Below, in pieces: positions 9,481-18,661 of a stretch of 64,000 nt of DNA. Every line of letters starts with the position of its first letter. Position 1 is the stretch's first letter. Position numbers and translations under genes: made by a program. A model generated the notes under the pieces. That model was not told the DNA's origin and did no database searches. It worked only from the letters and a program-made list of their open reading frames with translations. The stretch is from Minisyncoccota bacterium (GTDB lineage: Bacteria > Patescibacteriota > Minisyncoccia > JAHIHE01 > JAGLIN01), in contig JBAZUT010000008.1 in NCBI GenBank assembly GCA_041661265.1, positions 1,134 through 65,133 of the forward strand, in the 5' to 3' direction.

Positions 9481-11333
9481 TTTTCAGCAGTTTGCTGCCA
9501 TCCGGAAATAAGGCAAAAGAAAATAATTCCGCTTCGCCGAAGAAAGGAACCGCAACAGGCGAATCGAGCGCTGTGATCGCTTCGGAGAGGATATACAAGC
9601 AGGGACTTACGACCGTAAAGGACATCATCGCTCCCGCCGCTTTCAGGATCGAAGCGGATTATGTGATGATAAACCGGAAAATGGCGGCGACGTTCTTCGT
9701 TTATGCCTATCCGAGATATTTGCAGACGAATTGGTTCTCCCCGATCGTCAATCTTGACGCGACATTCGACATTGCGATGTTCATCCATCCGCAGAGCAGC
9801 GCGGAGATATTGAGGCATCTTCTCAAGGTTGTAACGCAGATCCAGTCGCAGATCTCCATGAACGAGGAAAGAGGAATGGTCAGGGATCCGATCCTCGAGA
9901 CCGCATATCAGGACGTTGAGAATCTCCGAGATGACCTCCAGCAGGGTATCGAGCATTTTTTCCAGTTCGGGCTCTATATGACAATCTATGGCGATACGAA
10001 AGACGAACTGATGAAGGTTGAGACGCAGATAGAGGCGATCCTTGAGGCAAAGCTCATCTATGTGAAGCCGGCGATAATGCAAATGGAGGAGGCTTTCAAT
10101 TCGACGCTTCCGCTGGCGAGCGACAAGCTCATGATCGTGAACAATATGAACACTTCTCCCCTTTCCACGACTTTCCCGTTCGTTTCGAGCGATCTCACTT
10201 CGAATCAGGGCATTCTCTATGGGATAAACAGGCACAACAACAGTCTGGTGCTTTTTGACAGGTTTTCGATGGAAAATGCGAACATGGTCATTTTCGCAAA
10301 GTCCGGCGCAGGAAAAAGCTATACGGTCAAATTGGAAATACTGCGAAGTTTGATGGTTGAAACGGATGTCATTGTCATAGACCCTGAAGATGAATATAAG
10401 CATCTTTGCGAGACCGTCGGCGGCACTTTCATGAGGATCTCTCTTTCGGCGAAGCATCACATTAATCCTTTTGATCTTCCGACTGCGCTTGAGGATGAAG
10501 CTCCCGCGGACGTGCTTCGTACGGCGATCGCCAATGTCTCCGGACTTCTCAAGGTTATGCTCGGAAAGCTTTCCGCAGAGGAAGACTCGATCTTGGACAA
10601 GGCCATTGCGGAAACCTATGCCATAAAAGACATCACTCCGGAAGCGGAATTCGCGAAGCTTGAACCTCCGACAATGACAGATCTGCAGATGGTGCTTGAG
10701 AATATGAGCGGCGCAGAAAGCCTCTCGACCAGGATCAAGAAATACACTGAAGGAACTTTTGCAGGATTTTTGAACCACAGGACGAATGTCAGCGTGGACA
10801 AAGGCCTCGTCGTTTTCAACATCAGGGACATGGAAGAAGAGCTCCGTCCGGTCGCCATGTATCTCATTCTGCACTATATCTGGACGCTGATCAGGTCCGA
10901 AAGGAAAAGAAGGATGCTTGTGGTCGATGAGGCGTGGTGGATGATGCAGCACGAAGACGCGGCCTCATTTCTCTTTTCGATCGCAAAACGATGCAGGAAA
11001 TATTTCTTGGGCCTCACGACGATCACCCAGGACGTCACCGACTTCATGGGTTCGAGATATGGAAAGCCGATCGTCACCAATTCCTCGATCCAGCTTCTCC
11101 TGAAGCAGTCCCCTGCCGCCATCAAGGTCATCGTGGACACATTCTATCTTACGGATGAGGAGAAGTTCTTGCTATTGGAAAGCAATGTCGGAGAAGGGAT
11201 ATTCTTTGCAGGGGCAAAGCGCGCCGCGATCAAAGTGGTCGCTTCATATTCCGAGGATCAGATCATAACTTCCGATCCCGCCCAGCTCCTTGAGATCGAA
11301 AAGGCAAAGAAAGAACTGGAAGATGTGGCGTAA
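9474..11333 (+). CDS. virB4: VirB4/TraE/PrgJ-type type IV secretion ATPase
   Basis: Gram-positive-type N-terminus KDIIAPAAFRIEADYV...YPRYLQTNWFSPIVNLD. Walker A is FAKSGAGKSY, Walker B is MLVVDEAWWMM. Confidence 0.85.
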   Translation: MSIFSSLLPSGNKAKENNSASPKKGTATGESSAVIASERIYKQGLTTVKDIIAPAAFRIEADYVMINRKMAATFFVYAYPRYLQTNWFSPIVNLDATFDIAMFIHPQSSAEILRHLLKVVTQIQSQISMNEERGMVRDPILETAYQDVENLRDDLQQGIEHFFQFGLYMTIYGDTKDELMKVETQIEAILEAKLIYVKPAIMQMEEAFNSTLPLASDKLMIVNNMNTSPLSTTFPFVSSDLTSNQGILYGINRHNNSLVLFDRFSMENANMVIFAKSGAGKSYTVKLEILRSLMVETDVIVIDPEDEYKHLCETVGGTFMRISLSAKHHINPFDLPTALEDEAPADVLRTAIANVSGLLKVMLGKLSAEEDSILDKAIAETYAIKDITPEAEFAKLEPPTMTDLQMVLENMSGAESLSTRIKKYTEGTFAGFLNHRTNVSVDKGLVVFNIRDMEEELRPVAMYLILHYIWTLIRSERKRRMLVVDEAWWMMQHEDAASFLFSIAKRCRKYFLGLTTITQDVTDFMGSRYGKPIVTNSSIQLLLKQSPAAIKVIVDTFYLTDEEKFLLLESNVGEGIFFAGAKRAAIKVVASYSEDQIITSDPAQLLEIEKAKKELEDVA

Positions 11334-11396
11334 AAAAACTCAAAAGTAAAAACTCAAAAGTTAAAATTGCAATTGAAAATTAAAAAGTGATAATTT

Positions 11397-11437
11397 GTTG
11401 TCATCCTGATCCGCCGATTGGCGGAGAAGGATCCCGT
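11397..11437 (+). repeat. Box A repeat (gttgtcatcctgaTCCGCCgattGGCGGAgaaggatcccgt), upstream flank of a GIY-YIG mini-element
   Basis: Identical copy at 13184-13224. Contains a perfect 6-bp stem hairpin. Confidence 0.7.
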
Positions 11438-11503
11438 CAATTATTTCGTATCGCTATAAATTTCACAATTCATTGTTAATATAGGATTTCAAGATGATAC
11501 AAT

Positions 11504-11782
11504 ATGAATAGATATTTTGTATATATAGCTTCAAACAGCAGAAATACAGTTCTATATACCGGTATCACAAATGACATAAATCGAAGAATGTTTCAGCACA
11601 AAAACAAGCTGGTAAAAGGTTTCACAGAAAAATATAATGTTGACAAGTTAGTATATTGCGAAGAGTTTAATTCGCCAGGAGAAGCAATCTCCGCCGAAAA
11701 GAAAATTAAAGGATGGACAAGAAAGAAAAAGATAGATTTGATCAAAAGCATTAATCCCGAATTCGCAGACTTGTTGATATAA
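11504..11782 (+). CDS. GIY-YIG nuclease family protein (small UPF0213/YhbQ-like)
   Basis: YFVYIASNSRNTVLYTGITNDINRRMFQHKN...EEFNSPGEAISAEKKIKGWTRKKK is a canonical GIY...YTG motif. Confidence 0.8.
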   Translation: MNRYFVYIASNSRNTVLYTGITNDINRRMFQHKNKLVKGFTEKYNVDKLVYCEEFNSPGEAISAEKKIKGWTRKKKIDLIKSINPEFADLLI

Positions 11783-11784
11783 AA

Positions 11785-11825
11785 CCGGGATTCTTCACTC
11801 CGCTCCGCTGCATTCAGAATGACAT
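11785..11825 (+). repeat. Box B repeat (ccgggattcttcac.ccgctccgct.cattcagaatgacat), downstream flank of a GIY-YIG mini-element
   Basis: Copies at 13724-13764 (direct) and 13259-13303 (inverted). Confidence 0.7.
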
Positions 11826-12059
11826 CATTATTTAAGCAAAAATCAGACTTCTAGACTTGATTGAGACTTGAGAATTGGTAATTGAAAATTAATAAAATAT
11901 AAAGTCTAAAATCTCGAAATTCGAATTATGGATAAGACAAGAAAATAACTCAATATATTTTCGTCTTCCATCAGATCATCAAGGTTCATTGATGATTCGA
12001 TGAAAGCCGGCAATTGCAGCTAAGCTCTGTTTTGGGAGTAATATTATTATCTATAAAAA

Positions 12060-13031
12060 ATGGAAAGTGGAAGAATAAAAAGTGGTGTATCCAGAATTGC
12101 CAAAAATGAAAGTGCTAATCGAGTAGCGAATGCAACTCCTTTTGTTGGTGGAGCTAAAAGAATGGCAGAGAGTGCAGCGGGAAAAACATTGGCCGGAGAG
12201 AAATTATCAGGCAGGGATAGGTGGAAACATGGCGCTGGAGGAGCAGCTGATCTGGCTTTGGATTTTACCGGAATTGGAGAGGTTGAGAAAGGCGCAAAAA
12301 TGGCATATATTGGAAAAAAGATAGCAAGCGGTCTGGAAGAAAATACAAAAAAGGAAGCCACAAGAGAAATTAAAGACCAAGTCATTAAAAGAGGCATTGC
12401 GGCTGATAATTATCGTATCAAAAGCCAAGCCGGCAGAAATGAGGAAGCGCAAAGGATAAAAAGCGAAGCTCAAAGAGAAGCCGAGAGGCATATGAATCAT
12501 GAATTCCAAAAATCGGCAAGAATGAGCGGAGTGAAAGGGAGAGTGGCGTCAAAAATCGCCAGCCGGGGCGTATCGGAAGCAGCCTATCAAATTGCCTCCA
12601 GGTTGAGCGAAAAGGCGAAACAAGGGGGGCATTGGGCGGTGATCGTTTTTATTGTAACTTTACTGATAGCTATAATAGTTGACGCGTTAGATATTGTAGG
12701 CACTCTTCTTATTGAAACGATCCTAGGCTGGCTTATTATTTTTCTGATTAACACACTTCTTTCATTGATCATAAATATTTTTTGGATGTTGCTTGCAGGT
12801 GGCGGACATAGCAAGTTTTTTTGGAAGATTCTTGTCAGGTATATCATATTTGGATTGATACTTGATTCCATCCCAATTATAGAATTATTTCCATTTACGG
12901 TTTTTATGGTATGCTGGAACTGGTATGATTATAGCAAAGAAAGAAGTGAAGCGAAGCAAGAATTGAAAAGATTTTCAAAAGTTTATGCAAAAACGGGAGA
13001 AATAAAAGGACAATCCATGAAATATGCTTAG
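12060..13031 (+). CDS. Hypothetical membrane protein (charged N-terminal half, 4 TM helices in C-terminal half) bracketed by the two GIY-YIG elements
   Basis: ORF with GHWAVIVFIVTLLIAIIVDALDIVGTLLIETILGWLIIFLINTLLSLIINIFWMLLAGG. No recognisable family. Confidence 0.4.
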   Translation: MESGRIKSGVSRIAKNESANRVANATPFVGGAKRMAESAAGKTLAGEKLSGRDRWKHGAGGAADLALDFTGIGEVEKGAKMAYIGKKIASGLEENTKKEATREIKDQVIKRGIAADNYRIKSQAGRNEEAQRIKSEAQREAERHMNHEFQKSARMSGVKGRVASKIASRGVSEAAYQIASRLSEKAKQGGHWAVIVFIVTLLIAIIVDALDIVGTLLIETILGWLIIFLINTLLSLIINIFWMLLAGGGHSKFFWKILVRYIIFGLILDSIPIIELFPFTVFMVCWNWYDYSKERSEAKQELKRFSKVYAKTGEIKGQSMKYA

Positions 13032-13183
13032 AGAATATCGCAAAAAGATCCTGATATTATTTTTTGATAATACCTAGTCAATGTTGACTAAAGAGCAGGG
13101 CAGAAGGAAGCGGATGAGTTAAAATTTCCAATTTTGAATTGAGCTAAGCATCGTACTTAACTTCAAGACTCAAATTAATAACC

Positions 13184-13379
13184 GTTGTCATCCTGATCCG
13201 CCGATTGGCGGAGAAGGATCCCGTATTTAAATATGGATATCACGTTCAAAAAAAATGGACTCATTGTCATTCTGAACAGAGCGGAGCGAAGTGAAGAATC
13301 CCAGTAGAAAAAAATAGCGCCTTATGTAACGGGACTCTTCGACCCGCTTCGCCGAAGGTTGACAGCGAGGCGAGCGGGC
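13184..13379. repeat. Composite repeat block: box A (13184-13224), inverted box B (13259-13303), inverted box C (13341-13379)
   Basis: All three dispersed-repeat families co-occur here, upstream of the second GIY-YIG gene. Confidence 0.65.
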
Positions 13380-13442
13380 TCAGAGTGACAAGTATTGCAT
13401 AGAAGGGATATTTGCTTTTACAATACCTCAAGACAATATAGT

Positions 13443-13721
13443 ATGAATAAATACTATGTTTATATAGCTTCGAACAGCAGAAATACAGTTTTATATACCG
13501 GCATTACACATAACATAAATCGAAGAATGTTCGAACATAAAAACAAATTAGTTAAAGGTTTTACAGAAAAATATAATGTTGATAAATTAGTGTATTGTGA
13601 AGAATTTAATTCTCCGGGAGAAGCAATTGCCGCCGAAAAGAAAATTAAAGGATGGACAAGAAAGAAAAAGATAGATTTGATCGAAGGGATTAATCCCGAA
13701 TTTGCAGACTTGTTGATATAA
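13443..13721 (+). CDS. GIY-YIG nuclease family protein, second copy (~92% aa identity to 11504..11782)
   Basis: MNKYYVYIASNSRNTVLYTGITHNINRRMFEHKN... ORF 13395 has an upstream extension; the likely start is the ATG at 13443. Confidence 0.8.
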   Translation: MNKYYVYIASNSRNTVLYTGITHNINRRMFEHKNKLVKGFTEKYNVDKLVYCEEFNSPGEAIAAEKKIKGWTRKKKIDLIEGINPEFADLLI

Positions 13722-13852
13722 AACCGGGATTCTTCATTTCGCTTTGCTTCATTCAGAATGACATTATTGTTTAAGCAAATGAAAATTAGGGTTTCATTCA
13801 AAATCCAAAATTGGAAATTAAAAATTAACTTATAATATTAACATCTAAAACT

Positions 13853-14851
13853 ATGTTTATCAGAAAACGCACCTTGCTCCTGCTTCTCCTTGTTGCATCT
13901 GCCACATTTGCTTACCCTGCTTTTGCCCAATATACCCCAATGGTCAGGATTCCCGGGCTCACCGCCGCGGGAAGCATAAATCTTTCAATGTATCTGGTGG
14001 GATTATATAATTTTATGGTCAGTATTGTGGGAATAGTTGCTGTCATGATGATGATCGTGGGAGGCATGAGATATATAACTGCTGCGGGAAGTTCAACGGC
14101 GATTAGCGATGCAAAAGATATTATCTCAAATGCCGTAGCCGGTCTCGTTATTGCCATTTTTGCCTGGATCATTGTTGCCGCAATAAATCCCGACGTCTTG
14201 TTCATAAAGAAACCCGGATCGGGATTCAAAAATGCTTCATATTTATCTTGTACGAAGCAATATACGGCCGCGATATGCAAGTGCAATGATGACGTGGGTT
14301 TGGGAGTTTTTGCATCTCCGACCGCCTGCAATGATGCATGCAAAGCCGGAAATCATTGCGGCGGTTTGGTGAATAGTTGTATCAGGGATGGAGTGAATGA
14401 AACGACCAGTCCGAAATTTAATACAGCTCCGAATAACGGAAAATGTTTATGTGCTAATGGAGTGGATGTTGTGCCTATACCGCCAGCTACATGTCAAGCG
14501 ACTTGCGCTATAGCAAATTGTATAAAGGCTGATGCAAGAATTGGAAATACAGGAATTACAGGTTTTGTCTCAGGAGTGGTAGATCAAAAAAGGACAACTA
14601 TATACATAAAAAATCCTTGCACGGATTCTTTGGCATTTGATGCTTACAAAACATTTGCTGTAAATCCCTATACGTGCAGTTGGGATTTTGAAAGCGACGG
14701 CACACCTGACAATCCCTCGTGTTTTACAGGATTTTGTCCGGTAAGTGGCGTCTTTATCGCTGGAACTTATACAGCAACGCTTACAGTGACTGACTCTGTT
14801 ACTGGAGCAAGTTCTGCGGACACTGTTATTTATGAAGCAATATATCCATAA
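13853..14851 (+). CDS. VirB2/TrbC-like pilin core with a ~210-aa Cys-rich C-terminal extension (PKD-like tail)
   Basis: Signal peptide, then a pilin-like core (INLSMYLVGLYNFMVSIVGIVAVMMMIVGGMRYITAAGSS...AGLVIAIFAWIIVAAI). Downstream are at least 14 Cys residues and a TGFCPVSGVFIAGTYTATLTVTDSVTG segment. Confidence 0.5.
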   Translation: MFIRKRTLLLLLLVASATFAYPAFAQYTPMVRIPGLTAAGSINLSMYLVGLYNFMVSIVGIVAVMMMIVGGMRYITAAGSSTAISDAKDIISNAVAGLVIAIFAWIIVAAINPDVLFIKKPGSGFKNASYLSCTKQYTAAICKCNDDVGLGVFASPTACNDACKAGNHCGGLVNSCIRDGVNETTSPKFNTAPNNGKCLCANGVDVVPIPPATCQATCAIANCIKADARIGNTGITGFVSGVVDQKRTTIYIKNPCTDSLAFDAYKTFAVNPYTCSWDFESDGTPDNPSCFTGFCPVSGVFIAGTYTATLTVTDSVTGASSADTVIYEAIYP

Positions 14852-14985
14852 GAATGGGCTTAACGACGAATTCTTGTGGCTATGGCGTAAAGGATTTGCT
14901 GATTATGATTCTGGCAGTGCGCGAAATATAATTTTAGCACCACATATTTACTAATAACCCTATCTTCACAAAAAAAATTGGGAAT

Positions 14986-15501
14986 TTATTCCCAATTTAT
15001 TATTACGTGGTCGAATTTCAGCTCATTGCCGTCAGTGTTGTCAGTTTTTTCGTAGATTGCTACGATAGACGTTGTTTCGCCGGATGCGAATGCATATTCA
15101 ACTGGAGAGAACCCAGTTGTCTTTGTTGGGTTCTGGATATCATCCTTTGACTCAACTCCGTCAAAATTCCATCCAAGGAATTTGTATCCTGCAATGTCTG
15201 TTGCCGATACTTTGACAAGAGGCCTGCGATGTGCATCTATTGATACGGTCTTATCTTTCGTATCGATACCGTTTATAAATGCTTTTATTGCGTCCAAGCT
15301 GTTCAGGTCCTGTTTCTCATACGAGAAACCGACAAATGCGCCTTCGGCTGCTGTTTTGCTGTTTAATACAGTGGGCATGGATGTGGGATTTGTAAACGTC
15401 CCCAGCGCCGTTAGTACGGCCGCTGCTATGAGCGCTACGGCCACGGTGCCAATCATCCATGTCGGAATCACTATTCCTCTCTTACGTATTGTTTCGTTCA
15501 T
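14986..15501 (-). CDS. Hypothetical signal-anchored secreted protein
   Basis: N-terminal TM helix VIPTWMIGTVAVALIAAAVLTAL. RBS AAGGAGCGTGAAAAAAAATG resembles those of the neighbouring lipoprotein genes. Confidence 0.4.
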   Translation of the reverse strand: MNETIRKRGIVIPTWMIGTVAVALIAAAVLTALGTFTNPTSMPTVLNSKTAAEGAFVGFSYEKQDLNSLDAIKAFINGIDTKDKTVSIDAHRRPLVKVSATDIAGYKFLGWNFDGVESKDDIQNPTKTTGFSPVEYAFASGETTSIVAIYEKTDNTDGNELKFDHVIINWE

Positions 15502-15771
15502 TTTTTTTCACGCTCCTTGTGTTTTCTTTCTTTATCACCTCCTGTTTCCAGCAAGGTTTTTTAGCGGGTATGTAACAGTCTAAAGTCCTTAAAGTCTAAA
15601 GTTTCTAAAGCAAAGCTTTCGGCTTTATGGATATTTTGACTTTCGACTATTTTTATACCCTTCAAAAAACCATGCTGGATTTACTTGTTGTCGGATTTGT
15701 TCTGTGAACTGTAAATGAGCTAACTGGATATAATAGCATAAATATGACATTTGTCAATCCCCTTTATCCAC

Positions 15772-15890
15772 AGCGCAAGAGGTCTGCACCTCGTCTATGA
15801 GGTCAGTCCTCTGAAGCGCCCAGCATCGGATCTTTTTGATCCTTTGCAATCGGAGGACCGATTTCCTGCTTGGAGGTGCGGATTGCTTTG
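15772..15890. repeat. Degenerate copy of the ~270-nt structured dispersed repeat (compensatory stem changes versus the full copies)
   Basis: GAGGTCTGCACCTC here vs CAAGGTCTGCACCTTG, and GAGGTCAGTCCTC vs CAAGATCAGATCCTTG. Both stems are preserved. Confidence 0.5.
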
Positions 15891-16059
15891 TAATATTCCC
15901 AGATCGCACTTCTTTTGTATATAAAATTGTTAACGAACGACATTTTTCAGCAAAAGCTGAAACTCTCTTCTCTACCATCAAAATAGCAAGAAATCCACGT
16001 TGAGTCAATTTTTGCAGAGTTCGTATTGTGGACTTCCTGTGGAGAAGATGGGGAATAAA

Positions 16060-16095
16060 GATAAAAAAAGAGTATATGTTATACTCTTCAATTGC
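16060..16095 (-). terminator. Rho-independent terminator (GAAGAGTATA-aca-TATACTCTT plus T7) downstream of 16100..16594
   Basis: Read on the minus strand. Confidence 0.45.
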
Positions 16096-16099
16096 AATG

Positions 16100-16594
16100 C
16101 TATTTATATATCGTTGTTGAACTAAAAACAAATTCTGCCCTGTTTCCCGCGCTATCGATCGCACTTATTTTTGATATGCAGGATTCCCCGTTTGAAACCT
16201 TTTTGCAAACTTCATAAAGCGGATCTGTTTTTATCATCGTAAAGAGGGCCCAATCACCGTTTTTGAAAGGTGTTTCCGTCACTCCATCTCCATTATTGTC
16301 GTACAGATAAGTTGCAGGCGGATTTGGCACGATAGAGTCACTGAAGTCCAAGACGAAGGATTTATCTTCTTCCAGAACGATAGCATTTCCGAAATAATCT
16401 CTAGTCGCTAAGGTTCTCGGATTGCTCGTATTTATATTTACCTCTCCTATTTTTGGCTGGATGACAAATGTTTTAGCCGTCATGTCGGATGTTTTATTTG
16501 CCTCTTCTGCCGGGATGGCGCTTGATGCGTATCCTGAAAATGATGCAAATATAGCAATTAGAACTGCCATAATTACAATTGCTTTAAATCTCAT
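16100..16594 (-). CDS. Hypothetical secreted protein (signal peptide)
   Basis: MRFKAIVIMAVLIAIFASFSGYASSA. Shares a conserved promoter/leader (TTGACA-N17-TATGCT ... aaaaaggacgtgaaagaATG) with the lipoprotein paralogs. Confidence 0.45.
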   Translation of the reverse strand: MRFKAIVIMAVLIAIFASFSGYASSAIPAEEANKTSDMTAKTFVIQPKIGEVNINTSNPRTLATRDYFGNAIVLEEDKSFVLDFSDSIVPNPPATYLYDNNGDGVTETPFKNGDWALFTMIKTDPLYEVCKKVSNGESCISKISAIDSAGNRAEFVFSSTTIYK

Positions 16595-16758
16595 TCTTTC
16601 ACGTCCTTTTTGTTTTATATTTTAAGGATTGATTATTCTTTCCTTAATGTCATCAGCATAAATTGTTTTTCTAAATTTGTCAAAGGTTGATGATACGGGA
16701 TTTGTTAATAATGTTTAAAAATGTCCTAAAGTTAAAAAAATAGGGATTTATTATCCCT

Positions 16759-17397
16759 TTATTGATAGAACCTTATATTGATATTTACTCTATAGAGTTC
16801 ATCATTAGCGCTTTTGTCTGCCATCCAGACGGTGGATTTTCTCTGTGGGCCCTTCACTCCTTCTACAGAACCGCCTCTATTCCATTTGCCGCCATTTCCA
16901 GACTCAACTGTGAGTTTGACCACACCTTGCAGATCACGGAGATATGAATTAACTGTCAGTATCTTATTGTCTCCGGAAATTTCCGCTTTGAAATTATCCA
17001 GGACTAGATTGTCATCAACTGCAATTGCGATGTTTTGCAGTTTATTTTTTGGGACAGTAAAATAAACCTCCACTACACCATTGCTTCTGAAACTGGCATA
17101 TTTTTGAACATACGCTACATTATTTTCGTAGCTTCTATTGTTGTATGCACCGACCAGGGGCTCTTTTACGGGGAGGCCTTTGACAGTAATTCCGTTGAGA
17201 GTATTTCCTTCAATTTTTTTCGAATCATCTAAACTGTTGGAATCTGTGATTCCAGTATTTTCGGAAATTGGCTGTTTGATGGCCGTTTCTGCTACTTTCG
17301 GCGCTATTGTCTCCGGACCTTTGTCCGACACGCATCCCGAGATCAACAAAGCTCCCGCAAGCAGAAATACTGCCAATATTTTCAATTTTATTCTCAT
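16759..17397 (-). CDS. Lipoprotein, paralog 1 (variable surface lipoprotein)
   Basis: MRIKLKILAVFLLAGALLISGC has a lipobox. ORF 16759..17442 starts at an upstream TTG/ATG; the likely start is at 17397. Confidence 0.5.
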   Translation of the reverse strand: MRIKLKILAVFLLAGALLISGCVSDKGPETIAPKVAETAIKQPISENTGITDSNSLDDSKKIEGNTLNGITVKGLPVKEPLVGAYNNRSYENNVAYVQKYASFRSNGVVEVYFTVPKNKLQNIAIAVDDNLVLDNFKAEISGDNKILTVNSYLRDLQGVVKLTVESGNGGKWNRGGSVEGVKGPQRKSTVWMADKSANDELYRVNINIRFYQ

Positions 17398-17523
17398 TCT
17401 TTCACGTCCTTTTTGTTTTGTTTTCCATATTTCAAGGATCAATTTGTCTTATCCTCAATGCCACCAGCATAAAGTTTTTTTTGAGATTTGTCAAGAATTG
17501 AGGCATCTATTGTCCCATTACTA

Positions 17524-17797
17524 AAAAGTCCCCTCTCGAGAGGGGCAGGGGTGTGTGAGTTGGGAAGCGCGGCTAGGTCGCTTTGAGTTAATTTGATAAA
17601 CAAAAAAACACAAATCTCTCTGAGGTTCAAGGTCTGCACCTTGTCCACAAGGTCAGATCCTTGAAGAACCGGCGAAGACATCGAACAACTTCATTTATTA
17701 TCGGAGGATCCGACTTCTTTGAGGGGGTGCGGACCTCTTTTGTTCTCGGACTTCCCTGTTCCTTCCACACAAGAGGAAGAGGCCAGGTGGATTTGGA
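17524..17797. repeat. Structured dispersed repeat, copy 1 (~270 nt; begins with the perfect palindrome CCCCTCTCGAGAGGGG)
   Basis: Near-identical core to 20218-20490 and 21054-21262. Confidence 0.75.
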
Positions 17798-17818
17798 ATC
17801 AGGGCCCTCGGATCTCGA

Positions 17819-18661
17819 TCAGACCAGATATTTTTTCATTATTTCTTTGTAATTTTTGCAGAAATCAGTCACGAAAGATTGGTCGGGAAAGAAATTCTGA
17901 AGATCATATGCGAGCTTTCTTTCATCGACCTCCTTTTCGATTTTGTTTTTCAGGACTTGTTTCAGTTCATTCTCGTCTTTGATGGAGAAAGCCTTTTCAA
18001 GGACAGCAAAGTCAGGACTGATGCCTTTGCTGAGATACCAGAATAGGTCATAGAAGTCGCGTCCCTTTATGTCGATAACATTGTTTTTTCCCTTGAACCA
18101 TTTTCGTCCCAGTATCGCCATGATCTTTCCGGTCATCAGAAATTTTAGGGTGTAATTTTTGGCAAGAAAATTGAAGCCGAATGAAGAGACTGGGGAAAGC
18201 TCGGTTTCAAATACTTCGAATTGGCTGATCTCCGGCTCGATTTTGACATAGAGAAAATCGCTTTTTTCTCCATAAATAAGACCAAGATCTTTCAGGATCG
18301 GGAATTTGAGATAGAGCCTGTTTTTTCCCTGGACCCGGAAGGAAGGAACTATAAGGAAATTGTTTTCAAAATATGCAGAAAGTGCCGTGCCCATTTTTTC
18401 CAGATCCAATGTCCGGAAATCAGATTCTTCGAGGTCAAAGTCCAGGTCTTCGGAAAGTCGCGACAAGCCATAGCAAATGCGAAGGCACGATCCGCCGGTG
18501 AAGATGAAGTTTTTATATTCTTTGCTGTTATATATATAGCTCAGAACTGGAAATTGCAGGACCTCTTTAAGGAAGTTTGCGATCACAAAATCAGGAAGCC
18601 CGGCTCTCTTTTTCTCCTGCACCAGGGTTTTCATGGTCTCTTTAAGCATAATATTGTTCAT
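17819..18661 (-). CDS. abiEii: AbiEii/AbiGii family nucleotidyltransferase toxin (type IV toxin-antitoxin / abortive infection)
   Basis: FIFTGGSCLRICYGLSRLSEDLDFDL matches the DUF1814 GGtaL...R.SeDlDf motif. Confidence 0.7.
   Translation of the reverse strand: MNNIMLKETMKTLVQEKKRAGLPDFVIANFLKEVLQFPVLSYIYNSKEYKNFIFTGGSCLRICYGLSRLSEDLDFDLEESDFRTLDLEKMGTALSAYFENNFLIVPSFRVQGKNRLYLKFPILKDLGLIYGEKSDFLYVKIEPEISQFEVFETELSPVSSFGFNFLAKNYTLKFLMTGKIMAILGRKWFKGKNNVIDIKGRDFYDLFWYLSKGISPDFAVLEKAFSIKDENELKQVLKNKIEKEVDERKLAYDLQNFFPDQSFVTDFCKNYKEIMKKYLV

Noticed and set aside
9477-10952. 491-aa minus-strand ORF antisense to VirB4
   Set aside because: The plus-strand frame carries Walker A and Walker B motifs and VirB4 N-terminal motifs. 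The antisense ORF is H/R-rich with no features.
15754-16164. 136-aa minus-strand ORF 15754-16164
   Set aside because: It overlaps the degenerate structured repeat and the terminator of the 16100-16594 gene. It has no RBS or motif and is likely spurious.
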